Assembly (NCBI RefSeq): GCF_002571385.2
Contig: NW_019217829.1
Span: forward strand, 201,364 to 265,363
DNA from: Stylophora pistillata
Taxonomy: Eukaryota
Length of the DNA: 64,000 bases
Reading direction: 5' to 3'
In this document: positions 11,663-25,541 of the stretch, in pieces
Numbering within the stretch: position 1 is the first letter of the stretch
Layout of the letters: each line of letters starts with the position of its first letter
Position numbers and translations under genes: made by a program
The notes under the pieces: model-generated
What the model was told of the DNA's origin: nothing
Databases searched by the model: none
The model's input: the letters and a program-made list of their open reading frames with translations, nothing else

Positions 11663-14600
11663 ATGGCGTTTATTCCACTCTTATCTTGTTTTCTTCAACT
11701 TCTGGTCCTTCCTAGCGTCAAAGCAGGTTAGTTGAAGCTTCCTAAATCCTAAGAAAACGGTTAAGAGGAGGGAAACTTCTCAAAATATTTTTATCTTTTG
11801 CACTGAGCCGTGTCTAAGCTTTGTTAAACTGGTTTCTGGGGCTTGGAAGAATGTTTTATATGTATTGCATTTAAATTCATCTATTTCGAAGTTTTGAAAT
11901 CACTCGTCAATCGCGTGTTAAAAGAAGCGTTCAAGGTGTTATATTTGTGTTATTTCGTTGAGAAATCAAGTGCATTTGGAATTAAGATGTATCATGACAA
12001 GCTTAAAATCATTCTATTGTTGTCTGGTGTCGACGAACAGTTTTTTGCAACGAGTCATTTATCCTTGAAAAGTTCACAGCGACTGAAAAATTCCTTTAAG
12101 ACGCAATAGAAAAAGTCCTCGATCAGATATTGGCCGAAAGACCAATGAGAAACAAAAATTTTCAGGAGACAGGACAAAAAACACTCTGTGACTCCACAAC
12201 TGTGGTTGTCGATCAGTTATCCAAGTTTTTGGCAATAAATAAATACACCTTATCGATGGTTTAACATATAATACGCGCGAATATTAAACGAGTTGCTTGA
12301 TGTTTTTCCATACCCTCTAGAAGTAATGAGCAAAAGGTCGGTTTTCTTATAAAATACGAACCTTGCAAAAAAAAAAAAAAAAGGCCGGGAAAAGAAAACA
12401 AAGTCGGAATCGTTCAGTGCGGCCATTTTGTTGTGATCCGCTCAACGTGCATATATGTTTGCCTTGATCTACAGAGTAAGAGCACGGCATACTGTACTGC
12501 ATACTGCACCGGTCCGTTTGCCCTATAATACATATGGTAACATGGCGCAATCGTGGAATAATAAAAGGCTTTAACCAGTCGGAAAATGTTTCCACTGTTG
12601 ACTTGGAATTCTGTTTTAGTTGCATTTTGGTTGAGAACGGTATTAAATTTGTAGTGAATTCTTAAATTGTACAAATACATACAAAATCGGTATTCATGCA
12701 TCAAACCTTGTTTTATACGTCATCGCTTAAAAGGAAATGGAAAGATTCAAATCTTCTTTAAATCTTAAAAATAAGACATTTCACTTAATAATTTAATCAA
12801 GTAGCCGCGAACCTTGTGATTTGGAAATCCCGCTTTTCCGGCTCTTTCAACTCAAGTTCTTTCTCTGTCAAAATCATTCAATATTGCTAGGAAATATTCG
12901 GTTATTCCTCAGGAGTTGAAACTTAGGCCTGTTGCATTAATTGGACCCACGACCGACAATCCAACATAGTGCTTCGATACGAATGTTAGGCGTACGAACC
13001 GACAGTATATTGTAAGCACTGGTGAAAATCTCATTCAAAATGAATTAATTATTAAATCGATTTTAATCAAGAATATGTTTTTGTGGTCGAAAATGAAATG
13101 AATCATTCAACCAAATTTAATAAAGAAACTGAGCATTTTTTACGAGTTTAGGTTAGGTGTTTACACCTTTAGTTCATTCGACGGGCCGAGCCCGAAGTTT
13201 GCCATCTTCCTTATCCAATCATGAGACCTAAAGATAAACTTGGTTTTCGCCACTTTTACCACGAAATGGCTTAAAGTGAACCGACTGCGTGACGAAGTGA
13301 CTGGGAGTGTATAACTTTGTCGTTTGCCATCGCATAACGGGAACAGCATCCCTCATAATAGTTAAAGTCTTCTAGCCTTGGGTACTAAACAGTAGTTACA
13401 CTTTCAGGTACCGAAGACCAAGGACCCAGAGATATTTTTGTCTCGCTTTCCGGAAGAGACACAGAAAACTGCGGCCCTGTCGATGAACCTTGTCAGTCAA
13501 TATCGCAAGCACTGGATCTCATAGCCCCTGGCGGATGTATACATCTGAATGGGACTGGAACCATTCAAACACCCTTTAACTGTACCAATCGGATGGCACG
13601 TGATCATTATCAGGGTCTTTATATCAAGAAGAGTGTAACAATGAAAGGTTTTCAGTCGACTCCATATGTGTCATGCGTGGGAGGAATTCACTTTGAAGGT
13701 GACCCAACGGAAAATCGTTCGAAATTTCAAATGATGGTGACTTTATCGGGAATTGTATTCAAGGGAACTCCTATCGAGTTTCAAGACTGTAGTAATATTC
13801 ATCTTATGAACTGTTCACATCAAGAATCTAAAACCGCAGTGAGTGTTCGCGCGCTAAAGGCACCAAGCGTCAGTTTTGATATCCAGGGTCCTTCATTATT
13901 TAGAAACAATTATCACTGCGTGGAAATCTTGTTGCACGGTACCAGCCATCTCATTGCGAGTATCAGTCAAACAAAATTTATATCAAATGGCATTGATGGA
14001 CAACATTCAGCAAAGGGCTTAATTTCTATAATGGAGCGTGCAACAAAAAGTACAAAGCAGTCAGGACCTGTTCAAATTTCATGCTACAAAATCAGCTGCG
14101 TTGGAAACTGGGTCCCCTTTGTGGTTTTAGAACTTAAAGCAGCGGTGACCAAGGAGACATACAGCCACATTGAACTGGTGGACAACAACTTGCAAACGCC
14201 ATTCAGTTCGAAGAGTAGACGCTTTAAGGATAGCATGTATATATCTCGAACAAGGAAAGTCGACGTAACATTCACACACATGCATTGTGCTAACAACAAG
14301 AATGATCAAGCTCTAAGATGTATAAAGATTTATACAGATGAGGCCAAAGTTTCCATCGATCATTCCGCTTTTGTCGGGCAAAATGCTAGCAAGGGCAATG
14401 GTGGTGCTATCTTCCTTGAGTCAACAAAACATGCATCTTTAGTTGTGACAAATACCGTATTTGAAAGAAACGAAGCGAACGCCGGTGGAGCTGTCTACCT
14501 CAACATTGTTCACAATGCGACACTTCAAAACATGAGGCTAAGTTTTACCAATGTTAACTTTACAGAGTGTGTTGCTACCACGGACGGCTCTGCTATTCTG

Positions 14601-17600
14601 GTTGGAAAAACGCACAAGCCACAATCGAAGCCATTAAAATACGCTCTCTATGCATCACTTAAAAAAGTTAATGCGATAAACTGCGTCAGTCATAAATTGA
14701 AATATCGATTTGGCAGCTTTTGCCTCACACTCCATAGCGGACTGGTCATTTTCGACGAGTTCAATTGGACCAACACACGACCAAATGCAGAGAGTGCAGT
14801 CTACATCGGAACAACGGGAGGTAACACGAACGTAACGATTGTTCGATCTTCATTTATCGGTGGCAAATCAAATCAAAGTGCATTCGTTGGGGTCCAGATA
14901 TTTGGAAGACAGAGAGGAATTGTCACGGTCAAAGATACCTCCATGACTAACAACAGCGAAGGCGCTCTAGATATCACTCCTAAATGCAGGATCAGGCTTG
15001 AAAACGTGACGGTAGCCTCCTGTATGTACGGATTGCAGTTGTCCAAAAGATGGTTGAGCCAGGAGACAGGTCGATTCCTTGTCAGCATTCTCATAACCAG
15101 TTGCTCATTCAAGCGCAACGTTTATGACTTATCATTAAATGTTAGCAATCCGCGATCAATTTGGTTAAAAGTTAATGACTCGATCTTTACAGGTCGGCCA
15201 AATCGCCGAGCCAGAAAAGGCTACGCGATCGGCCTCTTTGTTCCGCCTATCAAGAAGAACATGAGTTGCAGCGCCGATATTGAACTAGACAGAGTAACTT
15301 TCCACTCTCGACCATCCAGTATCTTTGTGCTATATTTTAAAGGAAAGAAAACGACAACCATACGTCGAACAGTTTTTCGATACTGCACCGCTCTCAGTAG
15401 ACAACACTTGAACTTTGGCGAACACACGTACATCTATGAGACATCAACGGGAGCTGTCTCGATCCTCTCAATTCCTGATGAACCCTGGAAACTAGGTTGC
15501 GTGCAACGGGACGATATTAACAACACCCACCCTCTGTGGAGATACGAAAGTCACGTGACCATTGAAGACACGTTATTCCAAGAGAATGCTGGATTTTTCG
15601 CAGGCGCCGTGTACATCAGCAATGGAAACACCACATTCAAAAACTGTTCTTTTCAAAATAATCTGGCAATTTGGAAAAGAGGGCAGGTGTATTCTGCCTA
15701 TGGAACAGGCAGAGTGGAATTCAATGATTGTACTTTCTCGAGTAGACAGAACGATAAAGTCATCGACGGCAAAAACGTACATAATGCTGCTTTCTTTTAT
15801 TCCGAAAGTGAAGGACCTATTGTCTTTCGAAACACTACAATGATCTCGACCATCCCGGAAAGGAAGTCTCACTATGTGCTTGAAATCTTTAGCGGAGGCT
15901 ACGTGGACATGGACTACAACACGACAGTACAGTGCAGCAAGGGAAGTATGCTGATACTTGAAAATGCGTCTCACTTCGCTTATACAGAGAAGAGGAGAAG
16001 CTTCTGCAGGGTGAACGTTACAGCTTTTAGGTACGCCTGCAAACTGTGTTCCTCCGGCTACTACAGTCTTGAAACTGGAAAGGCAAACGGTTTTACTGTG
16101 AATACTTCGTTTGAGTGTCACCCTTGTCCGTTAGGAGCAACTTGCATGCGAAATGACATTAACATCGCAGCCAAACCAAACTTCTGGGGATACGAAATGA
16201 GAAATTCCCATCCTTCACCATCATTGAAGTTTATTCCATGTCCTAACAACTACTGCCAATCTCCTAGTAGAAAATCCATAGACTATAACAGTTGTCGTGG
16301 AAACAGGACTGGGTATCTCTGTGGCAAATGTGCTCCGGGATATACCGAGTCGCTATTTAGCACGAGCTGTCGTAAAATGAATCAATGCAGTGACTATCTT
16401 TTGTGGTTGGTGGTCATTCTGTTCACCGCTGGAATGGCAGCATATCTGGTGAAGAAGCCGCCACTCTTGCGATACCTAAGTTTTCGGCAGATCTTCTGGT
16501 TTTTGAAGAACAGAGAGCACAACGAGCTCGAGCCTAGGGAGGAAAGAGGTCAAGTGGACGATGAAGAAACAGACAATGGCTACTTAAAAATTGTTTTCTA
16601 TTACTACCAAGTTGCTGACTTGTTCGTGGATGAATCACTCGCGGAAAAGCTACGCGAACTCCGAATCCCATTCGTGAACATTGTCGTATCTGCGTACAAC
16701 TTTCAGGTTAACTCTATTTACAAAGGTATTGGCTGTCCTTTTGTGGGATTGACTGCAGTGACGAAACAGCTCTTTCTTTCGTTAGATGTTTTTATCACAA
16801 TGGGGAATGTTGTCTTCATTTACTGCGTCCATTTCGTGGTCAACATGGTGCGAAAAAAGAATGCTCCATCAGTACATCATTACATGGCAGTTATCTTGGA
16901 GATTTTGTTGCTAGGCTACGACAGGCTCGCCGAAACCTCGCTGAACTTAATGCATTGTGTTCCTGTAAGATCTGAGCAACGGTTGTTCATCGACGGAAAC
17001 ACCGTTTGCTGGCGACCATGGCAATATGTTCTCCTTGGCTACGGCGTCGTCTTCGTGGTGCCCTTCATCGCCGTTCTTTACTACGGCTCTAAAAAGCTTC
17101 ATAAATCGTCCATTTCTGCAACAATGTTTTTGACCGCCTGTGTCGTGCCTTTGCCATTCCTTGTTTACTGGTTATTCGTGCACGTTTGTAAGAAGAGAGG
17201 AGAGAATTCTGCAACGAGGCCAAACGATGGAGCAGAGGAAGTGAAAAAAGTTTTGCAAGGGCCATTTCGTCGTCCTAATGATCAAGATGGAGATAGAGGG
17301 ACACTCTACTGGGAGAGCGTTTTAATTGGTCGACGCCTCATCCTCCTTTCGGTACACTCTTTTATTCCAAACGCCATGTTACGTGCTCTATTATTGGCTG
17401 TAAGTTGCGAGCTTATGGCGATACATCATTTTGTGAAAAAACCTTTCCAACATATCACAGCCAACAGAGTGGAATCCGTGTCCTTGGTTGTCTTATCCAT
17501 CATGGCGATCATAAATCTCACAAAGGCCACCCTTTTGTCCTCCGGGATCGCTGCTGTGGGAGAAAACAAGCTCTATATCGAGTACATGCAATGGTTTCAA

Positions 17601-17819
17601 ATTGTTTCGTTGGCTTTTGTCCCAGCTCTTTTGATTCTACTTGCTGTCTTCGCAATTCTGTCGCTGATTGTACGTATGGCTGTTACACTCGTCAAAAAAG
17701 TCGCCCAATTCATTCCCTCTGGCCCTAATAAAGTTCTTGTAAGAGGACCACTTCTGGGCGACTGGAGAGGTAACATTCAAGAAGATTATCATAGCCTTGA
17801 TGAGGGAGACGATCATTGA
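11663..17819 (+). CDS. Large surface membrane protein, paralogue A (~1491 aa): signal peptide, beta-helix/PMP-like repeats, Cys-rich linker, polytopic TM domain; join(11663..11726,13408..17819)
   Basis: Exon 1 MAFIPLLSCFLQLLVLPSVKA ends in phase-1 G|GTTAGT. Acceptor tttcAG at 13407 is in frame with the 1408-aa ORF. GGAIF/GGAVY and FxxN motifs, CPLGATC, CRGNRTGYLCGKCAPGY and ~10 hydrophobic segments. Confidence 0.88.
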
Positions 17820-19916
17820 CGTAATTTATTAGGTAATGAGTTCTTTATTCAAATATTCGCACTCGGCAACTTGAGTCATTCGACAACTAATTTGTTTCGA
17901 CAACAAACGGAATCGGCAGCAATTAACTTTAGGTAAGGTTTTTCTGCACATTTGATGTAATAATAACTGACAGATCGTTTGACAGGCAAGAACGTCACTT
18001 TTAGGGCCCTCGTGGTTGTCCATGAGTGATCGCAGGTTAAGAGGAAGAAATGGTTATCCAAAAAATGATTCCACTCCCTCACTTCCTGTCGATGAAGCCA
18101 AATTGTAGAATGCGAATATTTTCGACAACCATCTCTGTAATGTGAAGCTACTAATAGTCGGCGAGCTCAAATGCTCCAAAGAAAAGAAAGTCCGGCTCAC
18201 GAGAAACATGTTTTTGAAAAACAGACTAGGTAAACTGTAAAAGTAAGATTGAGGAAGTGACCTTATTTAAAAATACTCTTTGGAACATTTTCTCACGGTG
18301 AACACTTCTTGTCGATTAATTTATGCGTTTGGGCAGGACATAATTTTTTAGGCAAACTAATCTTAAATGCCTCCTGAAATAAAACTTTACAGCACTTTTG
18401 CAAGTTTTCGAACCCGTGATAAAAAAACTGTAGGTAATGGTGAAATTTAAAGACAATATATGCTTATTAAAGTTTTAAAAGTTTAAGCAACTTGTTGCCC
18501 ACCGTTCTAAATTCTTAATTATTTCGGGATGCGTACTAAATCACAACAAAAATGATACTCAATTTGTGTATATTTGACTGAATACCCCACACGAACATCT
18601 AAATGGCTCAATGCTACTTAGCTCCGGTTGATAGGGATCTTTTAAAAGGAATAAGGACGGGAATGCCGAGGAAGAAGTTGATTAAAAAATGAATTTACAT
18701 TTTTGGTTAGAATCTTGCGAAAGGCTGGATGTGTTTGCCGTCCCGTGCGGCGTCATTCCTGAACATCAGTATAACATGTGTGAGCCCATAAGATCTTAAG
18801 CTTTGTCACGTCCTCGATCTGTCGCCATTGTGGTTTGCTTAAGGTCTACAGTGTTTTCTTTTTTGGATCTGTCTGTGAGTGTGTATATGGGTAGGAAAAT
18901 CAATAAAGTGGGACCGAAACTAAAGCCATAGTATTTTCTTGCCGACAATGACTTCAGCAGCCGTATCGCTCAGCACGAATTTTATAGTTTTCCTGTTCAA
19001 GATTTAACAAAGTCACGTGGCCTAATGTTGAAATAATAATTAATGTAAGGTGTGGTAGGAATCTGCTGAGTATGGAATTCAAAGGTGTTTATATAGCACG
19101 AGCTCATAGAAGAAGGTAAACCCATCCCAAAGAAAAATAATCAGGACTTTGAGTACGATAATGAGCTCTTACCAAATCGGTGGATCAGCGTGGTTTGCGG
19201 ACGCGGAAAACTTTTTTTATCACCTTTTATCACCTCATCTTTAATTTGTTCCCAAGAGTCATGCATGTGCGTAGGAAAAGTGAAATAGTTAAAGATTCCG
19301 CTACGGGGCCATCGCGAAGATCAAGGTTTGTGATGGAAAACTAATGGCATAAATCTGGTAAAAATTAAGCAGAATTCTGTAGAGCGAAGACAGAACAACG
19401 GAGGATGACTGAAATTATGTGAAGAAGGTTACCTTTCTCTGACTTACGTTATAAAAACAGTTTAACTTCCTACATGACCGCTGATCACAAAAATGACCGC
19501 TGTCAGCGAACTGGCGCCACAAAGTTAAGCGCTAAAAGTTTATGTTTGCCATACCGACCAATAAGGTGGCAGCATAAGGTGGTGTTGGGATGATTACATC
19601 TTACTTGTGAATCTAATTATATTATTGTAGGATAATTGTTTCGTGCACGTGATAATGTCATTCTGTCGAGAACGTTTACAAGGATTTACACGAGTCTCAT
19701 GCCACAGGTGAACCCTTAACTTCTGCATCTGCTTTTGTAATTTTCAACTTCTCTAAAAAGGCCTTTATTCAGGGTCACTTTTCCCTGTCTGATGGGTGTC
19801 CCTTGAATGAAGGTTCCTCGCTATTTCATTTTCTAATCGTTTTTAAATACTTTGACATTGCATCCGATGTAGTGAAAGGCTTTCCTTCTTAGTACTACTT
19901 AAGCAGGGCTTTCTCG

Positions 19917-22900
19917 ATGGCGGGCCTTTGGCCATGGCCGGTATCACACCGTCTTGTCTTAATCGTGATCTTCTTTTTTGCTGTAACAGGTAAGTTTTTA
20001 TTTGCTCTCATTTAACCTAAAAATGATCAAAGACAGAAATATTATGACGGTTTAAGTATGCGATGCGGAAGAGCGACGTGGTTGCAACGAAAATTCCATC
20101 TGAAATTTCGATGTAATATTTTGTGATATGTGGTAAGGTTTTTTATTGAAGCGGATCCTTTGCCTGATGACTCCGTGGATCGAACGTTATGTTAATTAAA
20201 TAAATTTACTACAAGTGCCTTACCTTGTTTTTATCCATCTTCCTTGGATTTCTAAAATTCACAATTAGTATATTGGCCACCGTAACGATTACAAAAGCTG
20301 ACGTTTCGAGCGTTAGCCCTTCGCTCCGACGAAGGGCTAACTCTCGAAACGTCAGCTTTTGTAATCGTTACGGTGGCAAATTTACCATTTCAACTTTGTT
20401 GATATATCCAAATTATTTCGTTACTCCCACCGACGCAGCCCCAAACAGTTTCTTTCGAAACTATCAGCCTTTACACATTTAGCACAGTTAATGAAACCAT
20501 CAGCTTGTCAAATCGTTGCAATTAAAAGATAAAACGGGAACATTGTCTAAGAGTGATCTCGGAACCTTTTTGTTGACATCCTCAGAGTTTATTACACGAA
20601 TTTAAAAGAAGTTCAATATATGTTGCGTACGGTTAAATTACACTTAATTTCAGTTTCGGTGGTTGGTATACGCTGACTGCAGAAGGTTTGAGCTTGTATA
20701 GAAAACGGAGATTTCGTCACACAGACTTTTAGTGCTTAAAAAATCAACTCATTCATTCAGTCTTAGACGAGCGGTAATGTACAGTTATGGTCGAATCCAG
20801 AGAGCTCGGTGAATTTTCATGTTTTCGCGGAACCAGGAGTACTCAGTAAATTGAAACTAGAGAGCTACACATGTTTAGTAAGCAAGAAAACTAAAGACAG
20901 CGATTTTCGCTCATACACAGGCATTTGGAGATACCCTTGTTTCCACTGTCACTAGCGGTAATATTAGGATTTTAAAGAAATTGAGTCATTGCGACAACAT
21001 CTTTTTGCGTTTTGGAGTTAGCCGTAAGGCATGCAGTGCGAATTAGTCAGCGAACCGAACACAGAAGCAACTACAGCAACTCTATTTTTACATAGGCTGT
21101 CTTTCTCGCAGTAGAAACTGAAAATCGAAAAGAAATTTTACTCAGCATCCTTCCCTGAGGCACTCTTGAAATTCTAAAGATCATGTTAATTTTTTTGTCG
21201 TGTTAGAACTCTCATAAAAGTCAGTCATTATATCCTAGAGTTTTAATAACTCTGTTTCTTGTTCTACAACTACCTTGCCATGGGTGTCTCGATAAACATA
21301 AAAGTTTGTTTGTTGCATGGAGGCACAGTACATACTTCATTCTTCTATAAGAATATACCTTTTCATGATAAGTTTCCCATGCCTTAGCAACAGTAAATCA
21401 GTCAGGTAACCAGATCAATTGAGATCGAGAACTAAAAGTTTTGGATACCCTCAGGTCACCCTACAGCTAGCTGGAATCCAAAATAATAATTAAGAAGAAT
21501 TAAACATTGAAATTAGTGTAATTTTTTTTTATTCTCACCCATTAAAACTCATTATGGGGATGGATATAAATAGACCGTTTAAAAGTCTTTTTTTTAGTGC
21601 TTACTTTTGGCGTGATGAGTTTGTAGAGTTTGTATGATAAATTTTACCCACCTGTGTTTGCAGATTGCCTTTTGTCAAAGCGACAACGAATAGTCCACGT
21701 TTCAGTATTTGGAAATGACGCTGATGACTGCGGGGCCATAGGGAAACCATGTCGAACAATAGCAGTGGCAGCTTCACGGGTTGCCTCGGGAGGGATCATT
21801 ATGCTGAATGGAACCGGAGCAGAACAGAGACCATTCGACTGTAAAAAGCCAATAACGTGGGGTCAGCGAGGTATCTGGATAAGAAGGAATGTAACAATAA
21901 CTAGTTTAGACCTTACCCGAGCCTGCATACGATGCCTGACGGGGTTTCATTTTTATCGGTCAAACCGAGATCTACGAGTCTCATTAGCTGGAATAACATT
22001 CCTTGAAACACCCCTGAGATTTAAAGACTGTTTTGAAATCACACTTATCAACTGCACTCATCAGAACGCTAAAGAAGCTGTCACTGTTCGCTCTACCAAT
22101 ACCTCAACAGCAAATCTCACCATTCGTGGTTCTCTGTTTCAGAATAACTCTCTTTGTGTGAAAATACAATTTTTTGAAGGCTCTGGGACAGACCTGAAGT
22201 TCTCTTTGGATATCAAGGACACTAAATTCCTGAAGAATGGGTTTTTAGATCATTTTAAAACTCTATTCAGGGGCGCTGTCGAATTTTCAAACGAAGGTAA
22301 TCTTTTCCGCAAGATTTATCCGTCTATCGCTGTTGAAAAGGTAAGGTCCGCTGACAGTGGCGGCCATTTTCTAAAGATCGACCTCCCCACAGCTATTACG
22401 TCAGAAAAGTACGATGACGTCGTCCTTGAGCGGAACAACTTCGATTTCTCTCAGAGAAAGTCTCGTAGTCTTTACTTTTCAAGAGTGTTGAGAGCCAGAG
22501 TAACGTTCGATCGTTTGCAATGCAAGGATAATTATCAGGTTATGTGTGTAAAAATCGACGGAAGGACAAATGCAACAGTTTTTGTCAGAGTCCACGATTC
22601 ATGTTTTCACAATAACAGCGCATACCAAGCGGATAAGTTGTGGTCTGCAATCTTTCGAGTGGTGGGAAGTGAAGGTCATTCTGGAAACGTTACAATTTCT
22701 AATACGCTTTTTGTCAAAAATAACCTAACGGCTATAGGCATAACTCCTAATTTTTATTTTACTTTAGTTAACGTAACGGTGTCTTCTTCACTGAACGGTT
22801 TGCGCATCATCTCCTGGGACCGGCGGAATGAAAACAACTTTAATCTAAGTGTTACTATCGAAGGCTGCAAATTCCAGAAAAACATTCACGACATATATGG

Positions 22901-25541
22901 GTTATTGAACAACACCATAAATATCTTCTTTCGGATGACCAACACGCTGTTTGACGGTAAAGAAATAAAAAGACATGAAAACTCCACTTTTGGAATTCGT
23001 CTCATTACTCCTCACTTGGAGAGGAAAAATTTTTCTGAAACTGCAATTGAATTAGAAGATGTGACCTTCAAAGGCAAGCCTAGCAATTCGTTTACGTTTA
23101 CCTCCGAGGGTAAAAAGACCATTGTTGTTCGCCGTTGTTTGTTTCGAGACGGGTTTGGTCTTGAAATAGACCAATGGAAGAGAGTACATCACAAACACAT
23201 TCCCACTTATACGACTAGTCAAGGAGCACTCTTACTGCTTTTCAATACGGATGCATTAGAGAACAGGGGATGTGTTGACAATGGCGTGACAAATAATACC
23301 CATCGCACGTGGAAATACTCCAGTCACGTCTTGTTCGAGGACACGTTGTTTCAAAACAACCTTGGACACATTGCAGGAGCTGTTCAAATCATTAATGGCT
23401 ATGTTAAATTTCAGAGATGCAAGTTTATTAATAACTTCTCCGAGAGAAACACAGGACAGATTTATGTTGGATACGGAAGTGCCAAAGTTGAGTTCAACAG
23501 CTGCGTGTTCAAACGAACAAAACTAAGCAAGAAATTCCGTGGGATTGCGTTTACTTTCAGCAGATTTTTTTATTCAGAAAGTGGAGGCCCGATAAAAGTA
23601 CTCAACACCTCTTTTTATTCCGGTATGGGCAACAGGCTTACGCCAGGATCTGTTCTACAAATTACATCTGGAGGCTACTTCGAGATGGACTCCAGCTCGA
23701 CAATCCAATGTGCAGTTGGCAGCGAACTCCAATTCTCCAATTTCTCTCATTTTATTTACGACGGAGGAGAAGACAGTCATTTTTGTCGAATCAATTTAAC
23801 AACTGAGATATTCTCTTGCAAAATGTGTCCCCCTAAAATGTACAGTCTTCAAAGTGGATTTTCTAGAGGACTTAAAGTCAGTAAAGGATTCAGATGTCAA
23901 GAGTGTCCTTTTGGTGCTCACTGCAATGGACCCAACAACATTCTGGCAAAGCTCAATTTCTGGGGTTACAAAATCCCCAACGCTAGTAACTTTTCGTCAC
24001 TGAAATTCGTGCCTTGTCCATGGGAGTATTGTCTTCCTCAATCGATATATAAATATCACGGTAATGATTACAACAAGTGCCGTGGCTTTAGGTCTGGTAT
24101 CATGTGCGGGAGATGTGCCACAGGATACTCAGAAACGCTTTTTTCGTCAGAATGTCGACAATCCCACAAATGTAAATGGAATTATCTCTGGGTTCTAATG
24201 GGACTTTACACCGTGTTGTTAACCATTTATCTTTTGAAGAAGCCCCCACTCGTTTTGTATTTGAAACGTCAAATTCTGTGGTTTAAAACAGAAGGGCAGG
24301 CCCCTTTGGAGATAGAGGAACGCTTATCTCTTCATAGAGCTGAAGATCCCGAGTATGGTTATTTAAGGATCGTATTTTATTTCTACCAAGTTGCACAGTT
24401 GCTTCTCACTGATTCATTGGAGGACATTTTGGCAAAAGTTCCTTATATTTCCACCTTAGTTGCGGCCTTTAACTTTAAGGTCCGTGTTTTGGACGAAAAC
24501 ATCGGCTGCCCATTTGCTGGCCTCACAGCAGTGACCAAAGAGCTGTTCTTATCTGCCCTTGTTTTCGCTGCCATTGCACATGTCTTCATAGTTTACTGTC
24601 TTCACAGGTCGCTGAATTTGGTAATAGACAAGGGAAGACCATCATTCACTCATTACGTCGCGGTTGCTGTGGAGATTTTGTTGCTAGGCTACGAGCGCCT
24701 CGCTGAAACATCTCTTAAGCTCTTGCAGTGTGTCCCCATTGGCTCCAAATGGCGCCTTACCATCGACGGCAACACCGTTTGCTGGCAATGGTGGCAGCAT
24801 GGCCTTTTGGCATATATTATTATATTTGTGGTCCCGTTTGTTGGCGTTCTTTATTGGGGTTCTGGCAAGCTTTACGCCAAAGCTATTACATGGAAAGAGT
24901 TTGTCGGCGCTTGCATTGTTCCCCTTCCATTTCTCGTTCGCTGGTTCCTACAAAGTGCCTGCAATAGACAGCCCGGTAGCCAAACTCAATTGCGTCACGA
25001 ATGCACCGACGAAATATCAAAGATATTGCATGGTCCCTTCCGCCCACCAAGTAAAAATGATCGCGGTGTTCTTTACTGGGAAAGTGTTTTGATAGGCAGC
25101 CGGCTCGTCCTTTTGACATTTCGTGCCTTCATTCTAAATTCCATGATTTGCTTCCTCTGCTTGTCCGTGGCCTGTATTCTGATGTTAGTCCATCATCTCG
25201 TCAAGAAACCCTTCCGTCACCCTTCGGCAGAAAAACTCGGAACGTTGTCTTTGATCACGTTGGCCTGCATAGCTGTAATGAACCTTACAACGGCCACTCT
25301 TTCTTCTTCAGCCACCAAACCCGAGGGGCCCAACAAACATATCATGGTGGTGTTTCGATGGATAGTGGTTATCTTACTCTGCTTATTTCCTGCGCTGGTT
25401 GTTCTCCTTGCACTTTTCGCACTAGTGTCACAACTGGCCCGTCTTGCTTTGTTCCTCAAGAGGAAGACATGCGCATTTTTTTGCGCGATAAAATTTCACT
25501 ACGAGTTTCTGGACGAAAGTACCGCTTTGCTGACTGATTGA
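19917..25541 (+). CDS. Large surface membrane protein, paralogue B (~1316 aa), same architecture; join(19917..19989,21664..25541)
   Basis: Exon 1 MAGLWPWPVSHRLVLIVIFFFAVT ends in phase-1 G|GTAAGT. Acceptor tttgcAG at 21663 is in frame with the 1303-aa ORF. Motifs are colinear with paralogue A (EDTLFQ.N, FFYSES.GPI, IGCPF.GLTAVTK, EILLLGY.RLAETSL, LYWESVLIG.RL). Confidence 0.88.
20272..20470. mobile_element. Penelope-like palindromic terminal fragment with variant minimal hammerhead motif, in the intron of paralogue B
   Basis: Inverted pair around cttcgctccgacgaagggctaactctcgaaacgtcagc; relatives at 34313, 42010, 48735 and 54815. Confidence 0.65.

Noticed and set aside
14084-25537. Short overlapping or antisense ORFs within the two large genes
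   Set aside because: Shadow frames of long coding exons, not conserved between the paralogues.
13593-25541. Bacterial contamination or true Chlamydia Pmp autotransporters
   Set aside because: Spliced signal exons, alpha-helical TM domains rather than a beta-barrel, and animal repeats in an intron and the flanks.
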